Under the pieces are notes generated by a model that was given only the letters and a program-made list of their open reading frames with translations, made no database searches and had not been told where the DNA came from. This document shows, one piece after another, positions 24,015 through 37,459 of a stretch of DNA of 64,000 nt. The DNA is taken from contig OZ037847.1 of the NCBI GenBank assembly GCA_964035575.1, positions 1,550,001-1,614,000 of the forward strand. The letters run 5' to 3'. Both the position numbers and the translations under genes were made by a program. The stretch comes from Rhynchopus sp. YZ270_cl-10. Its lineage: Eukaryota. Numbering within the stretch: position 1 is the stretch's first letter; each line of letters starts with the position of its first letter.

Positions 24015-27000
24015 ATATACTATTTTTCCTTGTCTCTACCCCTTTTTATTCAACCTGTCAGACCAGAGTATTTTCTGCTACACAACTAGGGCTACCCTAG
24101 GTCCATTTATCTTTTCAAAAAAAAAAAAAAAAAAATAACCCCAAAAAAAAAGCGAGTCCACGTTGACACCATACAACCACCCAATATCATCTTCCTCGGA
24201 AGAAGAGAAAAAGGAGAGAGAGTACATGGTCCACACTTTAATGCTTGCTGTTTGCTAAAGTAAGAAAAATGATTTTTTGTTTTTTTTGTTTTTGCATGTC
24301 AAGCTTGTGAAAGTGAAGTGGCATGGCTGACATAAGGTGCGGATGTGTCTGAGTTCCCATACTTCACTGATCGATTTTTGAGATTCGTTGTTGCATGTGA
24401 ATATTTGGATTGAAAGCTGATCTAGCCAAGCGGGTTTACTACGGCTTGGTATCACGTAGGTCAGCGGTGACGATATTGGACGGAAGGTTGAAGACGAGAC
24501 TACTTTTGCTTTTTATTGGGAATCTTCCGTGAGAAATCTTCCTGTCTGCGAGAAGTGCCCCCTTTTTTTTTCTGTTGTGTCAAAAATAGTGTTCTGACCG
24601 CCGGAATAGAAAAATAAAAACGCGTTAGTGTGGTAAATAGTGAGTGGCATGTTTACACCTTTTCATAAAACCATTTTGTGGCAGCGTTCCTGTCTGTAAC
24701 TCAAAAATATTTTTGTTTTTTTGTTTTTGCATATCAAGCTTGTGACAGTGAGGTAATATAGTTGAAGAGCCGGAAAAGTGCAAAAAATTGGTCAGCAACA
24801 CGGTTTTTAAAAATGTAGAAAAAATGTGTTTGTTGTAATTTGTGTCTGGTTTGTGTCTTCTGACATTGTACCATCAAACACATGTATTTTTTTCTTTTTG
24901 CTGGGGTGTGCATGGGGGCCGAGGGCCCACCCCTGTATATGTACCTTAGAGTGGGGTGGGGTACCCCCACCCACCTCCGGAGAAGGGCCACAAGAACATC
25001 CTTCGATTGTTGTGCAGTCACCCGCACGGTCAGGTCTCGATGGTAGTGTTGGCAATAAACACTAAGGGCAAGGCAGGTCTCGGTGTTGGAGTCGGTGTCT
25101 CGCGCAAATGTTCCAAGTTGCAAAAAATCCTAAAAAGCTCTACTTATTTTACGCTCCAGAACATCTTGGTTTCATATTTGACACGTTCCGGTATTTTTTG
25201 GTTTACGGTATCTAACAACTACCAAAAGAATGTACAAGAAGAAAAATAAAATAAAAAATGCAGAAAAAAGTAAGCAAAGAGAAAACAAAGAGATTTTGAC
25301 AAAGGGACAATAAAACGAGTAGAAGTAGAACACATCAGCATACTGTATTTTATGATTTCCCTTTAGGGAGTGCCTTACCTTGACCTACAGGGTTGAAGAA
25401 AGGCGTGTCGAAAATGCATTGTTTTTTTCCCCCCTCCTTCTCAGCCCCTTCCCACTAATTGGCATGCATAATATTATTGATAACGACGTACACGCGATAC
25501 CCTCACGCCCGATGGGTTTTTTTTTCTAAGTAAGAGAAAACCGATTGGAGTGGGATAGTGAGAGCGCAGCAGAAACGTAGTGGGAATGCAACTCACACTG
25601 TTGTGTTCTCCCCACAAAATCTCACGCGCAGAGAGAACACTCGTTTTTCAGTCCCACGATATCACATAGGATACTGTTTTCCATGGATACACATGAGGAG
25701 TTCCGTGCTATTCACAGAACTTCGATAGGCGATTGAGCGTATCTAACAACAACCTAAACAAAAGAATGCGTACAGAAGAAAAGAAATGCAGAATAGGCAA
25801 ACAAAACAAAGAGATTTTGACAAAAAGGGGGGTAATCCGATTATGTGGTTCGATATCGGACTGAACAGCAAAAAGTGGAATAGCGTGTATCATGCAGATG
25901 ATCACGTTGACAATATTTCGGATACAATAATCATGATGCATGCATTGTCCTTGTTACTACCCCCCTTCGCCCCTGCCCTCCGTGCACTTAACCTTGTGTG
26001 CGACAGGAGCAGAACTTTCCAGTTCGCTCCTTACTTTGTTGCACTTTTCCAAGTCAGCGACTACTAAACATACAAACAGTTTTCACGTTCTTCCAAAAAT
26101 GTGGGCGCTCCGTAGTGACTTATCTTATGTGAAAGTTTTTGACTTTCTTCGTAACGAGAGGATGATTCCAACACATCATTTGCTGGGAGGCGAACTACTG
26201 CGTCACCTTTAAACATTTTATGCATGGAAGGATATGGTTTTTTTTATTATTCTTACGAAGCTTGCTTTAAAGGGGAATAGTATTACCCGGTACGGTCGCC
26301 AATCATTCCTCAAACAGAAGGATTTGTGCAATCAACGAAAAACCTGTACTTACCTACCGATCCTACTATTTCCAGGTTTCCTTTTTACATCTACTGCTGT
26401 AGGCCGCAGGGTTTGTGATTTTCATCCGGATGGCTGGCATCGTAGTCAGTGGGAGGTGCCTGCATCAACAACAGGGGTGGGCGGGCACCCTGGGGTTTTT
26501 TCCATTTTTTTGGATCGGGCACCCGGGTTTTTTCTAAGGATTTTTTACAGGCAATTTTTGGATTTTTCTGAGAACACGCTGCCCCCCTGCCGAAATATGT
26601 TCTCGGTTTTCCCTTTTCGGGGGTTTTTTTGATAAAACAACTTGTTGTCAATTCTAAAAAGATTGGAGGCAGCGCTGCAGGGCAAACAAAACGGATTGAA
26701 AAAAAACAGAAGCTTGCTTGTTTTCTTTGAGTACTCAATTAACCACAACAACCGTACTTCAGTTTAACACATTTTTCACCTTTTTGTTTTCCCGGCTTTG
26801 AGCGCACAAACAAAAGACCCGATCTTTTTTTGGGACCCCACCCTGGAACCCCCTCCAGAAAGTGTACAGAACACCCCCCCAAAAAAAAAAATCCCAAAAT
26901 TCGGGCTAAATTAGCAGGCTGTTGGGGGGTGTTGGCAGGCGTTGGGTGGGGCTGCTATTTTTTGCAATTCAGGTGGGTAAAGTCCTTAGAAAAAATAAAA

Positions 27001-28125
27001 TTAAATCAAAATCGGGCTCCGGGCACCCGGTTTAGGCCCAGGCCTGATCAACAACTACAGTTTTTTTTTTATTTGCAAAAAAATAAGATTTTATTCAAAC
27101 AAAAGAGGAGACGACGCTGGTGGACAAAACTCCATCTTTCGATTGAAAATATCATTCCTTCACTTTTACATTGATGCTACAAAAATCACAATTTATTTTT
27201 ATAAGACATGTATGCATTTCTAAGGAAATTTTTCAGTATCCACGAGTCGTCTTTTTCCCTCCCGTGCTCCCCATCTCACTCACACACACTACATCTTCAT
27301 CAGGAAAATTGTCAAAATTCTTTCGTTCAACATTGTGAGCAGCGTTTGGTGATTTAAAAAAAAAAAAAAAGTGTACCTGAGTGTGGGGATGCGTTCAAGA
27401 ATTAAACTCTTCCCCCCAAACCCCCTTTTTCGTCTTTGTTTTCTTTATTCAAACGGCAAGTGGATGCGTAATAATTTTCCCCCCTCCCCTCCCTTGCTCT
27501 CTTGTGTCGACGACCATTCACCAAGAGTCGGGTGAAGTGAACGGAGTACCGGTAAGCCCACAACACTCTTCAGCAGAGGTAGACCACCGGCCGACGAGCG
27601 GTTATGTACCGCCCCCGTTCACGCTACAGTACGGGTAAGCCATTATGTTTCCTTTTTACACACTGTTGTAGGCCGCAGGGTACTTGTGTTGTTATCCGAA
27701 TGCCTGGCTTCGAACGTGGTCAGTCGTTGCAAAAATCAACTACCATTTTTTTTTGGGGTAAGGACATTCTGGTACCCCCAAGTTTGACTTTTGGACAATT
27801 CAGACCCACAAGGTTTCGATAAAGACAATTCAGACCCACAAGGTTTACGATAAAGACACTTCAGAACCACAAGGTTTGCATTTTGGACAGTTCAACCCCA
27901 CAAGGTTTGCACTTTGGACAGTTCAGACCTTGTGGGTCTGAACTGTCCAAAAGTCAAACCTTGTTCGTGTTTTCTTCTTCTAAGGTGCTTGCTCTCCATA
28001 CCTAGACCCTCGAATTTTTTTTCTTGACCCCATACATATGGGTGCATTTCGGCGATTTGAGGCCATTCAAAGCAAAAGTTGGCACTTTTGAGCATCTGCG
28101 GGGGTCTAAAACACGGTTTTGCGTA

Positions 28126-29167
28126 CACCACGCTGGATGATAGGGGTCACATGATAGGTCACATCATGTGGCCATATATCAAGTTACACCGCAAAAATCT
28201 ACCAGACCCTGTCTTCGTGCACCTTTTTTCACCCACCCACACCCACACCTCCCCACCCATCCCTCACAGGATTACACCAAAATAATGAAAATTGGGTTTC
28301 AAGTACCCTGTTTCTCTCAGAAGTCAGTCACTGCTATTGCCATTTAACCCAGGGAGCATGTCTAGTGCAAGAAATTCGACCTTTGGAAACTTTCCGGAAA
28401 GTCTGTCCTCTGCTCGCGGAGGACGAGGCACAATAAAATATTGCGTTCCCCCAGAAAACCAGTGCACATTTCACACTCCTTGTGGGTAGTATTGTTGCCT
28501 TTTTTGTCACAGTAATTTTGGCCCAGGCATGCTCTTGAGCATGACAATTTAGTGTGTATGGGGCAGGGTGTTGTTTTGTTCTGAATTCTCTAGTTATCAT
28601 CTAAGTCAATCGCGGGTGGTGGTTTGTGTAGCGTGAGGCACTCTTTTTAACAAACTTCCTGCAGTTGATAATAACCTTTAAGGGGGGGTGGTTTGCGGAC
28701 GCTGCCATATGCACTGTTGTTATTTCTTCGGATTTAACAACGTACAGCGTAACATAGTGGATTCGCCTGGTCGACACAACCTTTGATAGATATGGGATAA
28801 CCAACCCCCTTCGACCCCTCGTGGGTTCACTGAACAAGCCCTAGACTAGTGGTAGTTAAACGTGATTGAACATTTAAATTCCTAGAGATGAAAGAACAAG
28901 ACAACGCTTCTGTACCCGCGCATCAAAATTGTGGAAAACTTTGCACCCCAAACACCCTCGACAACGCCTGCCAAAAGGCGCCCCTTGTTGCTGGGAGTTG
29001 GTTCTCATGTTTGATACCTGCACAGCAGGCATTCCTCTGAGTCCAACGCATGTTTGGCCTGTCTGCGGCGTTGTACGAAGACAGGGTCTGGTAGATTTTT
29101 GCGGTGTAACTTGATATATGGCCACATGATGTGACCTATCATGTGACCCCTATCACCCAGCGTGGTG
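28126..29167. mobile_element. Nested TIR element (~95-bp TIRs, TA|CACC ends) carrying a decayed ORF; duplicate at +6646
   Basis: CACCACGCTGG..TAGGGGTCACATGATAGGTCACATCATGTGGCC..ACCAGACCCTGTCTTCGT and its inverse ending GCGTGGTG|TA. Confidence 0.7.
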
Positions 29168-29184
29168 TACGCAATAGCTATTTA

Positions 29185-29327
29185 TTGGAGTGAAAATAAG
29201 TCGTTTTTTTCACCGAGTTGGTGTTTTCAACCCGAGTTACTTTAATTCACGAGCGAAGCGAGGGAATTAAAGTCACGAGGGTTGAAAACACCAACGAGGT
29301 GAAAAAAACGCTTATTTTCTACTCCAA
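29185..29327 (+). repeat. Long hairpin with three tandem G.A mismatches and a GC-GAA-GC cap on the plus strand; duplicate at 35831-35973
   Basis: CACC-GA-GTTGGTG pairs with CACCAAC-GA-GGTG; CCC-GA-G pairs with C-GA-GGG; C-GA-GC-GAA-GC-GA-G at the tip (GAA 29255-29257). Confidence 0.85.
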
Positions 29328-32300
29328 GACATAATTTTATCCATAAGTGTGAAGCTTTATTTTCCGAGCCCGCCCAAGTGTCGTGTGAGACCTGTAGTGT
29401 GGATCTCCAGTGTCTTGCACCGCTTCTTCTGAGCCCAACGCTGTTTGGCCTGTCGACGTACTAAATACGAAGACAGGGGGGCGGTGCCAACAATTTTCCA
29501 ATGATGTAACGTTTATCTGATTGATTTATCGTTTGATATACCTTGTGTGTCCTACTTCACCTGCACACCCAAGGTTATTGAACGATACTTTCAAGCGATA
29601 CTTCGTTATGTCATTGGGGGTACTGGTACTGGGTACCTGGGGAAAACACGTACGTTTTTGTTCGCGATAACACGCACACTTTTTGTACGTGCTATCGCAA
29701 TTTACCCTAAAATATATTACCTCCGCTGACACAGCTCGAGGGCTACTCCAACAAGTTTGTAGCTACCACCATGCACGCCCCGTCCCCCCACCCCAGTCCA
29801 GATACCCTGGGGAAAAAAAAAACTCGAAAAAAATAGGGTGAGTTTGGGGGTGTTTGGGGGCTTAAGACGGGTGAAAAAAAACGGTGAAAATAAAATTTTT
29901 ATTTTCACAGGGTGAAAATAAAAATTTTATTTTCACACCCCTCCACGTACTTTTGGGTGGGCGAGGAAAATAAAGCTTCACGCGCGTGGATAAAACCGTG
30001 TTTTAGACCCCCGCAGATGCTCAAAAGTGCCAACTTTTGCTTTGAATGGCCTCAAATCGTCGAAATGCACCCATATGTATGGGGTCAAGAAAAAAAATTC
30101 GAGGGTCTAGGTATGGAGAGCAAGCACCTTAGAAGAAGAAAACACGAACAAGGTTTGACTTTTGGACAGTTCAGAACCACAAGGTTTGCATTTTGGACAG
30201 TTCAGACCCACAAGGTCTGAACTGTCCAAAGTGCAAACCTTGTGGGGTTGAACTGTCCAAAATGCAAACCTTGTGGTTCTGAAGTGTCTTTATCGTAAAC
30301 CTTGTGGGTTTGAACTGTCTTTATCGTAAACCTTGTGGGTCTGAATTGTCTTTATCGAAACCTTGTGGGTCTGAATTGTCCAAAAGTCAAACTTGGGGGT
30401 ACCAGAATGTCCTTACCCCTTTTTTTTTTTGTGTGTGGATGCTGCAATGCAACACGATACTTATCAACACGAAGAGACACAAGTAACTTTTTATTACAGC
30501 ATCAAGCCCTTGAACACAGGAAGTACAGAGGTGTCTCTGATAACAAACAACTACGTGCCGCGCACTGATCACGCCGCCTTTATGTACGGCTCGGGAAATC
30601 GTATCCCTCAGCAGCATTGGGGGTACCTCAGGAAATATGAGTACTATATTTCCAGAAAAAATATACTATTTTTCCTTGTCTCTACCCCTTTTTATTCAAC
30701 CTGTCAGACCAGAGTATTTTCTGCTACACAACTAGGGCTACCCTAGGTCCATTTATCTTTTCAAAAAAAAAAAAAAAAAAATAACCCCAAAAAAAAAGCG
30801 AGTCCACGTTGACACCATACAACCACCCAATATCATCTTCCTCGGAAGAAGAGAAAAAGGAGAGAGAGTACATGGTCCACACTTTAATGCTTGCTGTTTG
30901 CTAAAGTAAGAAAAATGATTTTTTGTTTTTTTTGTTTTTGCATGTCAAGCTTGTGAAAGTGAAGTGGCATGGCTGACATAAGGTGCGGATGTGTCTGAGT
31001 TCCCATACTTCACTGATCGATTTTTGAGATTCGTTGTTGCATGTGAATATTTGGATTGAAAGCTGATCTAGCCAAGCGGGTTTACTACGGCTTGGTATCA
31101 CGTAGGTCAGCGGTGACGATATTGGACGGAAGGTTGAAGACGAGACTACTTTTGCTTTTTATTGGGAATCTTCCGTGAGAAATCTTCCTGTCTGCGAGAA
31201 GTGCCCCCTTTTTTTTTCTGTTGTGTCAAAAATAGTGTTCTGACCGCCGGAATAGAAAAATAAAAACGCGTTAGTGTGGTAAATAGTGAGTGGCATGTTT
31301 ACACCTTTTCATAAAACCATTTTGTGGCAGCGTTCCTGTCTGTAACTCAAAAATATTTTTGTTTTTTTGTTTTTGCATATCAAGCTTGTGACAGTGAGGT
31401 AATATAGTTGAAGAGCCGGAAAAGTGCAAAAAATTGGTCAGCAACACGGTTTTTAAAAATGTAGAAAAAATGTGTTTGTTGTAATTTGTGTCTGGTTTGT
31501 GTCTTCTGACATTGTACCATCAAACACATGTATTTTTTTCTTTTTGCTGGGGTGTGCATGGGGGCCGAGGGCCCACCCCTGTATATGTACCTTAGAGTGG
31601 GGTGGGGTACCCCCACCCACCTCCGGAGAAGGGCCACAAGAACATCCTTCGATTGTTGTGCAGTCACCCGCACGGTCAGGTCTCGATGGTAGTGTTGGCA
31701 ATAAACACTAAGGGCAAGGCAGGTCTCGGTGTTGGAGTCGGTGTCTCGCGCAAATGTTCCAAGTTGCAAAAAATCCTAAAAAGCTCTACTTATTTTACGC
31801 TCCAGAACATCTTGGTTTCATATTTGACACGTTCCGGTATTTTTTGGTTTACGGTATCTAACAACTACCAAAAGAATGTACAAGAAGAAAAATAAAATAA
31901 AAAATGCAGAAAAAAGTAAGCAAAGAGAAAACAAAGAGATTTTGACAAAGGGACAATAAAACGAGTAGAAGTAGAACACATCAGCATACTGTATTTTATG
32001 ATTTCCCTTTAGGGAGTGCCTTACCTTGACCTACAGGGTTGAAGAAAGGCGTGTCGAAAATGCATTGTTTTTTTCCCCCCTCCTTCTCAGCCCCTTCCCA
32101 CTAATTGGCATGCATAATATTATTGATAACGACGTACACGCGATACCCTCACGCCCGATGGGTTTTTTTTTCTAAGTAAGAGAAAACCGATTGGAGTGGG
32201 ATAGTGAGAGCGCAGCAGAAACGTAGTGGGAATGCAACTCACACTGTTGTGTTCTCCCCACAAAATCTCACGCGCAGAGAGAACACTCGTTTTTCAGTCC

Positions 32301-35300
32301 CACGATATCACATAGGATACTGTTTTCCATGGATACACATGAGGAGTTCCGTGCTATTCACAGAACTTCGATAGGCGATTGAGCGTATCTAACAACAACC
32401 TAAACAAAAGAATGCGTACAGAAGAAAAGAAATGCAGAATAGGCAAACAAAACAAAGAGATTTTGACAAAAAGGGGGGTAATCCGATTATGTGGTTCGAT
32501 ATCGGACTGAACAGCAAAAAGTGGAATAGCGTGTATCATGCAGATGATCACGTTGACAATATTTCGGATACAATAATCATGATGCATGCATTGTCCTTGT
32601 TACTACCCCCCTTCGCCCCTGCCCTCCGTGCACTTAACCTTGTGTGCGACAGGAGCAGAACTTTCCAGTTCGCTCCTTACTTTGTTGCACTTTTCCAAGT
32701 CAGCGACTACTAAACATACAAACAGTTTTCACGTTCTTCCAAAAATGTGGGCGCTCCGTAGTGACTTATCTTATGTGAAAGTTTTTGACTTTCTTCGTAA
32801 CGAGAGGATGATTCCAACACATCATTTGCTGGGAGGCGAACTACTGCGTCACCTTTAAACATTTTATGCATGGAAGGATATGGTTTTTTTTATTATTCTT
32901 ACGAAGCTTGCTTTAAAGGGGAATAGTATTACCCGGTACGGTCGCCAATCATTCCTCAAACAGAAGGATTTGTGCAATCAACGAAAAACCTGTACTTACC
33001 TACCGATCCTACTATTTCCAGGTTTCCTTTTTACATCTACTGCTGTAGGCCGCAGGGTTTGTGATTTTCATCCGGATGGCTGGCATCGTAGTCAGTGGGA
33101 GGTGCCTGCATCAACAACAGGGGTGGGCGGGCACCCTGGGGTTTTTTCCATTTTTTTGGATCGGGCACCCGGGTTTTTTCTAAGGATTTTTTACAGGCAA
33201 TTTTTGGATTTTTCTGAGAACACGCTGCCCCCCTGCCGAAATATGTTCTCGGTTTTCCCTTTTCGGGGGTTTTTTTGATAAAACAACTTGTTGTCAATTC
33301 TAAAAAGATTGGAGGCAGCGCTGCAGGGCAAACAAAACGGATTGAAAAAAAACAGAAGCTTGCTTGTTTTCTTTGAGTACTCAATTAACCACAACAACCG
33401 TACTTCAGTTTAACACATTTTTCACCTTTTTGTTTTCCCGGCTTTGAGCGCACAAACAAAAGACCCGATCTTTTTTTGGGACCCCACCCTGGAACCCCCT
33501 CCAGAAAGTGTACAGAACACCCCCCCAAAAAAAAAAATCCCAAAATTCGGGCTAAATTAGCAGGCTGTTGGGGGGTGTTGGCAGGCGTTGGGTGGGGCTG
33601 CTATTTTTTGCAATTCAGGTGGGTAAAGTCCTTAGAAAAAATAAAATTAAATCAAAATCGGGCTCCGGGCACCCGGTTTAGGCCCAGGCCTGATCAACAA
33701 CTACAGTTTTTTTTTTATTTGCAAAAAAATAAGATTTTATTCAAACAAAAGAGGAGACGACGCTGGTGGACAAAACTCCATCTTTCGATTGAAAATATCA
33801 TTCCTTCACTTTTACATTGATGCTACAAAAATCACAATTTATTTTTATAAGACATGTATGCATTTCTAAGGAAATTTTTCAGTATCCACGAGTCGTCTTT
33901 TTCCCTCCCGTGCTCCCCATCTCACTCACACACACTACATCTTCATCAGGAAAATTGTCAAAATTCTTTCGTTCAACATTGTGAGCAGCGTTTGGTGATT
34001 TAAAAAAAAAAAAAAAGTGTACCTGAGTGTGGGGATGCGTTCAAGAATTAAACTCTTCCCCCCAAACCCCCTTTTTCGTCTTTGTTTTCTTTATTCAAAC
34101 GGCAAGTGGATGCGTAATAATTTTCCCCCCTCCCCTCCCTTGCTCTCTTGTGTCGACGACCATTCACCAAGAGTCGGGTGAAGTGAACGGAGTACCGGTA
34201 AGCCCACAACACTCTTCAGCAGAGGTAGACCACCGGCCGACGAGCGGTTATGTACCGCCCCCGTTCACGCTACAGTACGGGTAAGCCATTATGTTTCCTT
34301 TTTACACACTGTTGTAGGCCGCAGGGTACTTGTGTTGTTATCCGAATGCCTGGCTTCGAACGTGGTCAGTCGTTGCAAAAATCAACTACCATTTTTTTTT
34401 GGGGTAAGGACATTCTGGTACCCCCAAGTTTGACTTTTGGACAATTCAGACCCACAAGGTTTCGATAAAGACAATTCAGACCCACAAGGTTTACGATAAA
34501 GACACTTCAGAACCACAAGGTTTGCATTTTGGACAGTTCAACCCCACAAGGTTTGCACTTTGGACAGTTCAGACCTTGTGGGTCTGAACTGTCCAAAAGT
34601 CAAACCTTGTTCGTGTTTTCTTCTTCTAAGGTGCTTGCTCTCCATACCTAGACCCTCGAATTTTTTTTCTTGACCCCATACATATGGGTGCATTTCGGCG
34701 ATTTGAGGCCATTCAAAGCAAAAGTTGGCACTTTTGAGCATCTGCGGGGGTCTAAAACACGGTTTTGCGTACACCACGCTGGATGATAGGGGTCACATGA
34801 TAGGTCACATCATGTGGCCATATATCAAGTTACACCGCAAAAATCTACCAGACCCTGTCTTCGTGCACCTTTTTTCACCCACCCACACCCACACCTCCCC
34901 ACCCATCCCTCACAGGATTACACCAAAATAATGAAAATTGGGTTTCAAGTACCCTGTTTCTCTCAGAAGTCAGTCACTGCTATTGCCATTTAACCCAGGG
35001 AGCATGTCTAGTGCAAGAAATTCGACCTTTGGAAACTTTCCGGAAAGTCTGTCCTCTGCTCGCGGAGGACGAGGCACAATAAAATATTGCGTTCCCCCAG
35101 AAAACCAGTGCACATTTCACACTCCTTGTGGGTAGTATTGTTGCCTTTTTTGTCACAGTAATTTTGGCCCAGGCATGCTCTTGAGCATGACAATTTAGTG
35201 TGTATGGGGCAGGGTGTTGTTTTGTTCTGAATTCTCTAGTTATCATCTAAGTCAATCGCGGGTGGTGGTTTGTGTAGCGTGAGGCACTCTTTTTAACAAA

Positions 35301-37459
35301 CTTCCTGCAGTTGATAATAACCTTTAAGGGGGGGTGGTTTGCGGACGCTGCCATATGCACTGTTGTTATTTCTTCGGATTTAACAACGTACAGCGTAACA
35401 TAGTGGATTCGCCTGGTCGACACAACCTTTGATAGATATGGGATAACCAACCCCCTTCGACCCCTCGTGGGTTCACTGAACAAGCCCTAGACTAGTGGTA
35501 GTTAAACGTGATTGAACATTTAAATTCCTAGAGATGAAAGAACAAGACAACGCTTCTGTACCCGCGCATCAAAATTGTGGAAAACTTTGCACCCCAAACA
35601 CCCTCGACAACGCCTGCCAAAAGGCGCCCCTTGTTGCTGGGAGTTGGTTCTCATGTTTGATACCTGCACAGCAGGCATTCCTCTGAGTCCAACGCATGTT
35701 TGGCCTGTCTGCGGCGTTGTACGAAGACAGGGTCTGGTAGATTTTTGCGGTGTAACTTGATATATGGCCACATGATGTGACCTATCATGTGACCCCTATC
35801 ACCCAGCGTGGTGTACGCAATAGCTATTTATTGGAGTGAAAATAAGTCGTTTTTTTCACCGAGTTGGTGTTTTCAACCCGAGTTACTTTAATTCACGAGC
35901 GAAGCGAGGGAATTAAAGTCACGAGGGTTGAAAACACCAACGAGGTGAAAAAAACGCTTATTTTCTACTCCAAGACATAATTTTATCCATAAGTGTGAAG
36001 CTTTATTTTCCGAGCCCGCCCAAGTGTCGTGTGAGACCTGTAGTGTGGATCTCCAGTGTCTTGCACCGCTTCTTCTGAGCCCAACGCTGTTTGGCCTGTC
36101 GACGTACTAAATACGAAGACAGGGGGGCGGTGCCAACAATTTTCCAATGATGTAACGTTTATCTGATTGATTTATCGTTTGATATACCTTGTGTGTCCTA
36201 CTTCACCTGCACACCCAAGGTTATTGAACGATACTTTCAAGCGATACTTCGTTATGTCATTGGGGGTACTGGTACTGGGTACCTGGGGAAAACACGTACG
36301 TTTTTGTTCGCGATAACACGCACACTTTTTGTACGTGCTATCGCAATTTACCCTAAAATATATTACCTCCGCTGACACAGCTCGAGGGCTACTCCAACAA
36401 GTTTGTAGCTACCACCATGCACGCCCCGTCCCCCCACCCCAGTCCAGATACCCTGGGGAAAAAAAAAACTCGAAAAAAATAGGGTGAGTTTGGGGGTGTT
36501 TGGGGGCTTAAGACGGGTGAAAAAAAACGGTGAAAATAAAATTTTTATTTTCACAGGGTGAAAATAAAAATTTTATTTTCACACCCCTCCACGTACTTTT
36601 GGGTGGGCGAGGAAAATAAAGCTTCACGCGCGTGGATAAAACCGTGTTTTAGACCCCCGCAGATGCTCAAAAGTGCCAACTTTTGCTTTGAATGGCCTCA
36701 AATCGTCGAAATGCACCCATATGTATGGGGTCAAGAAAAAAAATTCGAGGGTCTAGGTATGGAGAGCAAGCACCTTAGAAGAAGAAAACACGAACAAGGT
36801 TTGACTTTTGGACAGTTCAGAACCACAAGGTTTGCATTTTGGACAGTTCAGACCCACAAGGTCTGAACTGTCCAAAGTGCAAACCTTGTGGGGTTGAACT
36901 GTCCAAAATGCAAACCTTGTGGTTCTGAAGTGTCTTTATCGTAAACCTTGTGGGTTTGAACTGTCTTTATCGTAAACCTTGTGGGTCTGAATTGTCTTTA
37001 TCGAAACCTTGTGGGTCTGAATTGTCCAAAAGTCAAACTTGGGGGTACCAGAATGTCCTTACCCCTTTTTTTTTTTGTGTGTGGATGCTGCAATGCAACA
37101 CGATACTTATCAACACGAAGAGACACAAGTAACTTTTTATTACAGCATCAAGCCCTTGAACACAGGAAGTACAGAGGTGTCTCTGATAACAAACAACTAC
37201 GTGCCGCGCACTGATCACGCCGCCTTTATGTACTTATGGTGTCCAGGACAGAAACAGCGATTGCTTATGAAACAACCCCGCTGTCTTCGTGTTATGGAAA
37301 GAAAAAAATGTCTGTCAAATACAAATAAAACAAAAAGAAAACATGACAATACTCTGAAAGGAAACAGCCCACCCACTCCCTACATCTTCATCCCAAATAC
37401 ATTTTTCCTCCCTCCCCCCTCTTCTCCTCCTCACCACCCCTCCAGAGCACAAAGACACA

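Larger units (their letters stand above)
27755..30419. mobile_element. Foldback/MULE-like element with ~365-bp TIRs inserted in poly(T); duplicate at 34401-37065
   Basis: GGGGTAAGGACATTCTGGTACCCCCAAGTTTGAC at 27755 and inverted ending at 30419. ~30-bp TTCAGACCCACAAGGTTT subrepeats inside the TIRs; T9 on the left and T11 on the right. Confidence 0.8.
23941..37232. repeat. Tandem duplication of a 6,646-bp non-coding, TE-rich block (23941-30586 and 30587-37232)
   Basis: The sequence and the ORF track repeat at a constant offset of 6,646; no differences noticed by eye. Confidence 0.95.

Noticed and set aside
27780..27960. ~30-bp repeats resembling a CRISPR array (also 30160-30390 and 55385-55590)
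   Set aside because: No unique spacers, mixed orientation, located inside TIRs, no cas genes, eukaryotic context.
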